A stretch of 64,000 nt of DNA from assembly GCA_963727485.1 (NCBI GenBank), contig CAVSGM010000001.1, forward strand, positions 608,001-672,000. The letters run 5' to 3'. This document shows positions 1-7,247 of the stretch, piece by piece (the stretch's first letter is position 1; every line of letters begins with the position of its first letter). The notes below the pieces were generated by a model. That model was not told where the DNA came from and did not search any database. It saw nothing but the letters and a program-made list of their open reading frames with translations. The translations under genes and the position numbers were made by a program. This DNA comes from an uncultured delta proteobacterium. GTDB lineage: Bacteria > Myxococcota > Myxococcia > SLRQ01.

Positions 1-1
1 C

Positions 2-478
2 CTCCCCGAGCGGCAGGTGCGCAAGGCCAATCCCACCGGCAGCCACTGCCTCGCCTCCGGCAGCTGCTGCGACCAGGACGTCCCGGCGAACGCCCACTGC
101 TACCGCCACCAGTGCTACCTCACCGCCCGGGCCCTCGCCGCGCGCCTCGCGCTGGCCGACGACGGCTACAGCGTGAGCTTCCAGTCGCGCCTCGGACGCA
201 CGCCCTGGATCCATCCCTACACCGATCACGTGCTCCCCGAGCTCGTGGCCAAGGGCGTCAAGCGCCTGGCGGTGCTCACCCCGTCGTTCGTCGCCGACTG
301 CCTGGAGACCCTGGAGGAGATCGGCATCCGCGGCCGCGACCAGTTCCTCGCCTGCGGGGGCGAGCACTTCGTGCAGGTGCCCTGCGTCAACATCGACGCC
401 GACTGGGCCGAGGCGGTCGCCGGCCTCGCGCGCCAGGCCGCCGGTGAGGGCGCCGCCTCACCCGTCACCGCCGCCTGA
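2..478 (+). CDS. hemH: Ferrochelatase, C-terminal part (5' end outside window)
   Basis: SFQSRLGRTPWIHPYT and SFVADCLETLEEIG are canonical ferrochelatase motifs; frame is open from the window edge. Confidence 0.95.
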   Translation, partial: LPERQVRKANPTGSHCLASGSCCDQDVPANAHCYRHQCYLTARALAARLALADDGYSVSFQSRLGRTPWIHPYTDHVLPELVAKGVKRLAVLTPSFVADCLETLEEIGIRGRDQFLACGGEHFVQVPCVNIDADWAEAVAGLARQAAGEGAASPVTAA

Positions 479-525
479 CGCCGGCGCGCATGGCGCGGGC
501 CCGCCGCGCGTGATAACCATCGATC

Positions 526-1410
526 ATGGTCCAGGTCGTCTCGGCCGGGCATTGCACCGTCGATCACATCGGTGTCGTGGGGCGCTACCCGGCCCTCGAC
601 CGCAAGGAGGAGCTGGAAGCCTTCTCGGTCCAGGGCGGCGGTCCGGCGGCGACGGCGGCGGTCACGCTCGCGACCCTCGGGGTCGCCACCGCCTTCGTGG
701 GCAAGGTGTCCGACGACGACTTCGGCCGCTTCGCCCGCCAGAGCCTCGAGGCCACCGGCGTCGACTGCGCGGCGCTGTTGACCACCCCGGGGCGGGTGTC
801 CCCGGTGAGCTTCGTCGCCGTGGAGCGTGAGAGTGGCAAGCGCACGGTGTTCTGGACCCGCGGCGACGTGCCGCGCCTCGAGCCCGAGGAGGTCGACCTC
901 GCGGTCCTCGACGGGGCCCGGGTCCTCCTGGTCGACGGCCACCAGCCCGAGGCCCAGCTCCGCCTCGCCCTCGAGGCCCGTCAACGCGGCCTGGAGGTGG
1001 TGGTCGACGCCGGCGCGCTCCACCCCGGCATCGAGGCGCTGGTGAAGGTGGCCACCACCGTCGTCGCCTCCGAGCGCTTCGCCGCCGAGCTCGCCGGCGC
1101 CCCGGACCGGGCGGTGCAGGCGATCCTCGACCTCGGCCCCAGGGCGGTGGTCATCACCCTGGGCGAGGACGGGTCGGTGGGCCGCGAGGGCCCCCACTCC
1201 GAGGTGGTGGCGCCCTACCCGGTGGAGGTCGTGGACACCACCGGCGCTGGCGACGTGTTCCATGGGGCCTACGTCTATGCCTGGCTGCAGGGGTGGGGGC
1301 TGCGGCGGCGGATGGAGTTCGCCAGCTGCGCCGCCGCCCTCAAGTGCCGCCAGCTCGGCGGCCGAGCGGGGATCCCCACCCTGGCCGACATCGAGGCGGT
1401 GGTCGGCTGA
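526..1410 (+). CDS. PfkB/ribokinase-family carbohydrate kinase
   Basis: N-terminal GGGPAATAAVTLATLG and C-terminal DTTGAGDVFHG PfkB signatures. Confidence 0.93.
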   Translation: MVQVVSAGHCTVDHIGVVGRYPALDRKEELEAFSVQGGGPAATAAVTLATLGVATAFVGKVSDDDFGRFARQSLEATGVDCAALLTTPGRVSPVSFVAVERESGKRTVFWTRGDVPRLEPEEVDLAVLDGARVLLVDGHQPEAQLRLALEARQRGLEVVVDAGALHPGIEALVKVATTVVASERFAAELAGAPDRAVQAILDLGPRAVVITLGEDGSVGREGPHSEVVAPYPVEVVDTTGAGDVFHGAYVYAWLQGWGLRRRMEFASCAAALKCRQLGGRAGIPTLADIEAVVG

Positions 1411-1435
1411 CCGCCGCGACACCCGGGAGCCACCC

Positions 1436-1672
1436 ATGAAGATCCGGATCACCTACTGCGGGGCTTGAGGCTACCTCCCACGGGCCACCGGTCTGGCGGC
1501 CAACATCGAGGAGCGCCTGGGCATCACCGACGTCGAGCTGGTGCGCGGCGCCAGCGGGGTGTTCGATGTCCACGCCGACGACGAGCTGGTGTTCTCCCGC
1601 CATGAGGCGCGCCGCTTCCCCGACCCCGAGCCCGACGTCCTGGCGCCCCTGCGGGCGAGGCTCGGACGATAG
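1436..1672 (+). CDS. SelW/SelT/SelH (Rdx-family) selenoprotein, 78 aa, Sec encoded by TGA at 1466-1468
   Basis: Read-through gives MKIRITYCGAUGYLPRATGLAANIEERLGITDVELVRGASGVFDVHADDELVFSRHEARRFPDPE..., with the CxxU motif plus the G.G.F.V and RFP Rdx motifs downstream of the TGA. Confidence 0.93.
1484..1497 (+). promoter_or_regulatory. Putative bacterial SECIS hairpin
   Basis: GCCA-CCGGTC-TGGC stem-loop 15 nt after the TGA; contains GGTCTG as in the apical part of the E. coli fdhF SECIS. Confidence 0.65.
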
Positions 1673-1675
1673 GCG

Positions 1676-3253
1676 ATGAGGGCGTGGTTCCCAGAGGCGA
1701 GGTGTGTCCTGGCGTCGGCGCTCGCCGCCGCCGTGCTGCTCCCGGCGGTGGCCTCGGCCGAAGCACCGGGAGCACCTGCCGGAGCGCCTGCGGGCCACCC
1801 CGCGCCCGCCCGAGCCGGCCACGGCGCAGCGCCTCCGCCCCGGGCCATCCACTACCGCTTCAACGTGGACGGGAAGCTCACCCGCCTCACCGCCCGGGTC
1901 TGCTTCGACGGCGCGCCCCCGGCCCACCTCTACCCCGGCACCTCCCGGTACCTGCGCTTCCTCACCGCGGCCAGGCGCCTGCCCCGGGGCCCGAAGCTCC
2001 CGGTGGACCGGGATGGCCTCGACCTCGACGGCGTCCCCGCCGGCGCGTGCATCCGCTACCGGATCGACCTCGCCGCCGCCGTCGCCCATCCCCCGACCCA
2101 CCAGGTGCTCCGGGTGGGCACCGACCTCCTCGCCACCCCGGACCTCTGGCTGTGGCACCCGGAACCGGCGCCCCAGGACCTGCCCATCACCGCCCGCTTC
2201 CGCCTCCCGCGCGGGATGCACGTGGCGGTGCCCTGGCCCCGGGCCGGGCGGGGCTACCGGGTGCCCTGGACCACCTTCCCCTGGCGCGTCGACGCCGCCT
2301 TCGGCCACTTCCGCACCCGGGCGGTGAAGGTGGACGGCGGGGTCCTCCACGTCACCGCCCTCGGCCACGATCTCGAGGCCCCCGAGGCGGCGGTGCTGCG
2401 CTGGGTGCGCCACTCCGCCGAGGCGGTGTCGACCCTCTACGGCCGGCTGCCCGAGCGCCGGGTGCAGCTCCTCCTGGCCCCAATCCCCGGCCAGGAAGAC
2501 GTCCTCTTCGGCGCCACCGGCCACGGCGGCGGCCCGGGGATCCTGGCCTGGGTGGGCACCGAGACCACCGCCAAGGCCCTGAAGGACGACTGGATCCTCC
2601 CCCACGAGCTCATCCACGTGGGCCAGCCCCACCTCCCGGCCAAGGCCGCGTGGCTCTTCGAGGGGCTGGCCACCTACTACGGGCCCCTGACCCGGGCGCG
2701 CGCCGGGCTCATCTCCCCGGAGCGCGCCTGGTCGCTGCTGGTCGACGGCTTCGGCCGGGGCCACAGCGAGCAGTCCACCCACACCCTCGCCGACGACAGC
2801 GCCCACATGGACCAGCGCCACAACTACTGGCGGGTCTACTGGGGCGGGGCGGCGATCCTGCTCCAGACCGACGTGGCCATGCGTCGCCAGGGCACCCCCG
2901 GGGGCCTCGACGCCCTGGTGAAGGTCCTGTGGCGCGACGAGGCGGCCCACCGCGCCGAGGACGCCGGCGGGGCCGAGGATCGCCTCGACGCCGCGGTGCC
3001 CGGCAACCCCCTGCGCAGAATCGCCACGGAGGCGCTGGGGTCGACCGGCTTCCCCAAGGTGGCGAAGACCCTGAAGTGGCTCGGTGTCGAGGTGGGCCCC
3101 GGGGGCGAGGTCACCCTCTCGGACACGGCGCCGGGGGCGGCGGTGCGCCGGGCGATGACCGCGCCGTCGGGGACGCGAACGGCGCCGCGGCTCCAGGCCG
3201 GGCACCCGCCGGCGAAGGCGGGGATGGCGGTGCCGGCAAAGCGCCGGCGCTAG
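1676..3253 (+). CDS. Secreted zinc metallopeptidase (gluzincin, M61-like)
   Basis: Signal peptide (AVASA|E), HELIH motif and downstream WLFEGLATYY. Confidence 0.8.
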   Translation: MRAWFPEARCVLASALAAAVLLPAVASAEAPGAPAGAPAGHPAPARAGHGAAPPPRAIHYRFNVDGKLTRLTARVCFDGAPPAHLYPGTSRYLRFLTAARRLPRGPKLPVDRDGLDLDGVPAGACIRYRIDLAAAVAHPPTHQVLRVGTDLLATPDLWLWHPEPAPQDLPITARFRLPRGMHVAVPWPRAGRGYRVPWTTFPWRVDAAFGHFRTRAVKVDGGVLHVTALGHDLEAPEAAVLRWVRHSAEAVSTLYGRLPERRVQLLLAPIPGQEDVLFGATGHGGGPGILAWVGTETTAKALKDDWILPHELIHVGQPHLPAKAAWLFEGLATYYGPLTRARAGLISPERAWSLLVDGFGRGHSEQSTHTLADDSAHMDQRHNYWRVYWGGAAILLQTDVAMRRQGTPGGLDALVKVLWRDEAAHRAEDAGGAEDRLDAAVPGNPLRRIATEALGSTGFPKVAKTLKWLGVEVGPGGEVTLSDTAPGAAVRRAMTAPSGTRTAPRLQAGHPPAKAGMAVPAKRRR

Positions 3254-3988
3254 CGCGGTCCGATCACCAGCCCCGCGCCCACCGCCTGCGCGATCGCCGC
3301 CTCGGCGAGCTCCGCCGGGGCGCCCATGGCCGCCGCCGCCTCGGCGGGGTCGAGGCCCTCGTGGACCACCTTCACCGCGAAGAGCAGGTCGTCGGTGGCG
3401 CGCAGGTAGGCGGCGTGGTGCCGCTCCGGGTGCCGGAACACCAGCATCACCTCCGGCGGAATCCACCGGCTCGGGCACGGGCCAGTCGGCGGGGAGCGCG
3501 TCGGCGTCGTAGGCCTCGGCGAGCTCCAGGACCGGGTAGCCCAGCGAGAGGATCGAGAGGGTGGGGTTCAGGACCGGGGCCTCGAGGGCCTCGGGCTCGG
3601 GGATGACCTCGGGGTTCACGAAGGCCACGAACTGCTCCCACTCGAAGGCGGCGAGGTCGGCGTGGAAGGCGGTCACCCCCGCGAGCCCCGCGGCGGCGCG
3701 CTCGGCGACGTAGCCCGGGAAGGCCTCGGCGGCGCGGTTGAGCTCCCAATGGGTCGCCGGGTGGGCCTCGAAGTACCCGTCCTGGAGCGCCTCCCAGCTC
3801 GCCTCGGAGACCAGCCGGCGCACCATGGGGAAGTCGGCGTCGAGGACGTCGTCGACGTGGCCGCGGACGAAGCGCTGGTAGATGGCCAGGCGCCCGGGGT
3901 CGACGCCGGCCTCGGCGGCCGCCCCCTCGACGTCGCCGCCCCGGAAGGCCCGGTGCAGGGCCGCCTGCACCTCGCTCAAGGTCGCCAC
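3250..3988 (-). CDS. DUF2063 / HvfC-like MNIO partner protein (frameshift near 3455)
   Basis: RLAIYQRFV...FPMVRRL...YFEAHP...FPGYV...DLAAFEW pattern; overlaps the 3' end of the DUF692 gene; C-terminus continues in ORF 3250-3450. Confidence 0.8.
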
Positions 3989-4896
3989 GTGGCCACCTTC
4001 CCCAGGACCGACTCGCCCACGGCGCGGATGCGGTCGTTCTCGTCGGCGAGCTCGGCGATGGGCGGGATGTCGTTGTCGCGCTCGAGCAGCGTCGACACCG
4101 GGCCGGTGAGCCCGAGGGTGAAGGCGTAGAGCTCGTAGACGGGGTCGATGATCGGCGCCCCGTGGGTGTCGATGATGACGTCGTCCTCGACGGTGTGGCC
4201 GGCGAGGTGGATCTGGCCCACCCGGTCCAGGGGCAGGGCGGCGAGGTGCTCGCGGGCGTCGTAGCCGTGGTTGGTCGCGTTGACGTAGACGTTGTTCACG
4301 TCGAGGAGCAGGCCGCAGCCGCTCTGGCGCACGACCTCGGAGATGAACTCGGCCTCGCTCATCTCCGAGCCCTCATAGGCGACGTAGTAGCTGGGGTTCT
4401 CCAGGAGGAACGGCACCTTGGTGCGCGCCTGGACCTGGTGGACCCGGCGGACCACGTGCGCGAGCGCCTCCTCGGTGAAGGGCAGCGGGACCAGGTCGTA
4501 GTACTCGACGCCGAAGCCGGCGGAGTAGCACAGGTGGTCGGAGAACCACCGCATGTCGTACCGGTCGACGAGGCCGAGGAGCGCGTCGAGGTAGTCCTGG
4601 TTGAGGTCCTCGAGGCCGCCGATGTTCAGGCCCACCCCGTGCAGCGCCAGGGGCCAGAGCTTCGCGGCGCGGTCGAGGACGGCCCGGGGCCGGCCCCCGA
4701 AGGCGGCGAAGTTGTCGCCGAGGATCTCCAGCCAGTCGATCCGGTCGCGGTAGTCGAAGATCTCGTCGAAGTGCTCCCGGCGCAGGCCGACGCCGTAGCC
4801 GAGGAACGGCGTGTCGTGGTCGGCGAGGCGGGGGCCGGTCGCCGGGGCGGGCGCCGGCAGGCGGGGCTTCAGCTGGGGCTTGGGCGTGGGCTGCAT
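3976..4896 (-). CDS. DUF692 multinuclear non-heme iron oxidative enzyme (MbnB/TglH/HvfB family)
   Basis: GVGLRREH, LHGVGLNIG, WFSDHL, LLENPS, LLLDVNNVYVN, QIHLAGH, IDTHG and LLERD iron-ligand motifs. Confidence 0.93.
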   Translation of the reverse strand: MQPTPKPQLKPRLPAPAPATGPRLADHDTPFLGYGVGLRREHFDEIFDYRDRIDWLEILGDNFAAFGGRPRAVLDRAAKLWPLALHGVGLNIGGLEDLNQDYLDALLGLVDRYDMRWFSDHLCYSAGFGVEYYDLVPLPFTEEALAHVVRRVHQVQARTKVPFLLENPSYYVAYEGSEMSEAEFISEVVRQSGCGLLLDVNNVYVNATNHGYDAREHLAALPLDRVGQIHLAGHTVEDDVIIDTHGAPIIDPVYELYAFTLGLTGPVSTLLERDNDIPPIAELADENDRIRAVGESVLGKVATWRP

Positions 4897-4934
4897 GGGC
4901 GTCCGGTGGAACTTGGTCCGGGGCCGCCCCAAGG

Positions 4935-6464
4935 TTACGGCGGCCCTGGGAGAAGATAGCCCGCCGGCGCGTGGGGATCACGGGGGAGGCGACCGGCGGC
5001 GACCTCGGCCCTTGGGGGGATCACCCGCGTGCCCTCGCGCCACCTTCGCCAGGGGCCGCCGCCGTCGCGGCAGCCGCAGCTCGCCCGGTCGTGGTCGGTG
5101 CACCAGAGATCGAGGTGGAGGTAGTGGTCGAAGGGCCTCGCGTGGGTGGGCGCGTGGAGGACGATCCCGGCGATGGTGAGCAGGGCCTCGGAGGCGCCGG
5201 CGCGCCGCCCGGCGGCCAGCAGGCCCGCCTCGAGGCCCTTGGACACGAACACGAAGCGCAGGTGCCCGTGCCCCTCCGGACGCGCCCTCCCGGTGACCGG
5301 GTCCACCACCCCGATGGCCGGGTCCTCGAGGAGGGCGGCGACGAGCTGCCAGGTGCGGTCGAAGTCCACGTGGTAGGCGGCGGGGGGCACCGGGCAGAGC
5401 GCCTCCTGGAGCCCGCCCCGGATCCGGCCGCGGACGCAGCCCGCCGGCGGCGGGTCGCCCGGGTCGAGGTAGAGGCGCCGGGTGCCCGCCTCGCTCGTGC
5501 CCTCGTCGTCGAAGCGGAGGGTGCTCTCCACCGCCGGGACCGGCTGACCTGCGGTGTCGTCGACGAAGAACGCGAGGTCGGCGGCGCGCCCGGCGCCATG
5601 ACTGTGGCCGTAGATCCCCGGGTGGAACGGGTCCTGGTGTGCCTGGGAGCCAGTGGGGCCCGAGAGGTTGAGGACCATCAGGGGCGGGGCGCCCGGGGCT
5701 CTCGTCGCGGCCCCGGCGCGCTCGATGGCGGCGATGAGGGCGTCGGTGCCGAAGTCGAGGTGCCGGTGGGGGAAGAGCTGGGCGAAGCCGGGGCCACGCA
5801 GGGGGAGCTCGGCGGGGTGCTCGAGGGGGCCGGTGGTGCGGGCGCCGGCGCTGCACGAGGGCGCCTTGGCCGGGCGGGGCGTGGGCGGGGCCGGGGCCAG
5901 GAGGTCGGCGGTGCCCCGCGGGGGACGGTGCCGGGGGCCGGGCTTCTTCGCGCGCCGGGCCGCCCGCAGCGCGGTGTGGAGGGCGGTGTGGGGATGGACC
6001 TCGGCGTCGGCGTTGGCGACCCGGTGGGTCCCCCGCCACCCGGGGGGCAGGGCGGTGAAGGCGGCGATGGCCGGGAGCGGCGGCCGGCCGTGGCTTGGCG
6101 CCGCCGGCCGGGTCGGCATCGGGGGCACGAAGCGCTGCCACAGGAGCACCACCGCGGCCAGCAGCAGGGTCCCGGGGACGAAGGCGAGGCACAGGGCGAG
6201 GGCCGCGGCGCCGAGCCCCCGGGCCATCCGTCGCAGCCGGGGCCGGGGCCGGCGGAGCACGTCCGCGGCGCGCTGGGGCATGCCCACCAGGGTCCTCCAC
6301 GCCACCCGGCCGGCGGCGAGGGCCAGGGAGACCGACGCCGCGATGGCCTGGCCGAGGCGGCTCCAGGTCCCGGCGCCTTCATGCAGGCGCCCGACGGTGC
6401 GCGCCCGGCGGTCGGCGAGCCAGATGACGACGGCGGTCTCGGTGGTGTCCTCGGCGGGGGGCAT
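4935..6464 (-). CDS. Membrane-anchored MepA-like (penicillin-insensitive murein endopeptidase, M74/LAS) protein
   Basis: GGAGGA RBS before ATG 6464; TM segment; FGTDALIAAIERA, HSHGAGRAADLAF and DHYLHLDLWC. Confidence 0.65.
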   Translation of the reverse strand: MPPAEDTTETAVVIWLADRRARTVGRLHEGAGTWSRLGQAIAASVSLALAAGRVAWRTLVGMPQRAADVLRRPRPRLRRMARGLGAAALALCLAFVPGTLLLAAVVLLWQRFVPPMPTRPAAPSHGRPPLPAIAAFTALPPGWRGTHRVANADAEVHPHTALHTALRAARRAKKPGPRHRPPRGTADLLAPAPPTPRPAKAPSCSAGARTTGPLEHPAELPLRGPGFAQLFPHRHLDFGTDALIAAIERAGAATRAPGAPPLMVLNLSGPTGSQAHQDPFHPGIYGHSHGAGRAADLAFFVDDTAGQPVPAVESTLRFDDEGTSEAGTRRLYLDPGDPPPAGCVRGRIRGGLQEALCPVPPAAYHVDFDRTWQLVAALLEDPAIGVVDPVTGRARPEGHGHLRFVFVSKGLEAGLLAAGRRAGASEALLTIAGIVLHAPTHARPFDHYLHLDLWCTDHDRASCGCRDGGGPWRRWREGTRVIPPRAEVAAGRLPRDPHAPAGYLLPGPP

Positions 6465-6579
6465 CGGGTCTCCTCCGACACGCGGCCGTGGCGCCCATGC
6501 CACGAAATCCAGGTCCACCGCGCGTCTTCGGGGGGTAGTGCACCGGCCGTGCCGGTCCCCTGGGGTACCGACGCCGGGC

Positions 6580-6608
6580 TCGACATCCCGGGCCCCCCGA
6601 CTTACGTT
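6580..6608 (+). promoter_or_regulatory. Sigma70-type promoter of ssrA
   Basis: TCGACA-17 nt-TACGTT about 50 nt upstream of the mature tmRNA 5' end. Confidence 0.6.
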
Positions 6609-6657
6609 GGCGCCTGGATGGGCGTCCCGAAGGGGCCGCCCCGCTCCGTGAAAACCT

Positions 6658-7011
6658 GGGGGCGAACTGGCTTCGACGAGGGTAGTGAAGCGCAGGTCGC
6701 ATGCCGTGGCTCCGCAACCACGTCAAAAGCGGAAACAACACAAAAGCCAACCACGACGTTGAGCTCGCCCTCGCGGCCTAAACACCCGTAGAGAGCCGTT
6801 CCGCCCACCTTCGCCCAAGGGGTGGGGTCGGGGCGTAACTTATTGGGCTGGCTGACCGTCGCGCCCGGACGACGGCCGGTGAGACTTTTCCGGGACCGCG
6901 CTGGGAAGGCCCTGTCGATGGGACCTTCCGGCGTCAAAGCAAACATCGACTAAGCATGTAGTGGCCTTCGTGGAGCGCTTTCGGACGCGGGTTCGATTCC
7001 CGCCGCCTCCA
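6658..7011 (+). ncRNA. ssrA: tmRNA; tag peptide (A)ANHDVELALAA at 6746-6781
   Basis: 5' GGGGGCGAACTGGCTTCGAC; 3' GGACGCGGGTTCGATTCCCGCCGCCTCCA tRNA-Ala-like domain; internal tag ORF ending LAA-TAA; terminal CCA not fully encoded. Confidence 0.97.
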
Positions 7012-7034
7012 CTCTATTGGTCCCAGGGTTCCGT

Positions 7035-7075
7035 ACGCGGGGCCGAGCCTGGTGCTCGGCCCCGCGTCGTTGTGT
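7035..7075 (+). terminator. Hairpin terminator after ssrA (also faces the convergent A2M gene)
   Basis: Perfect 14-bp stem ACGCGGGGCCGAGC/GCTCGGCCCCGCGT with 5-nt loop, followed by CGTTGTGT. Confidence 0.7.
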
Positions 7076-7247
7076 CCGGGGGCTGGTCTGCCTGTCGGGA
7101 CGCGACGCCAGAGGTTGGCTCGCCGCCCGGGAGGGGCGCGCGTGCGGTCGCGTCGCCGGCCGGCCGAGCGCCTGGTCCCACGGAGGAGAGCCTCGCGGCG
7201 CGGCGGGGGGGTGACGGGGCCGGCTCCGGCTCCGGCCATGGCTCCGG

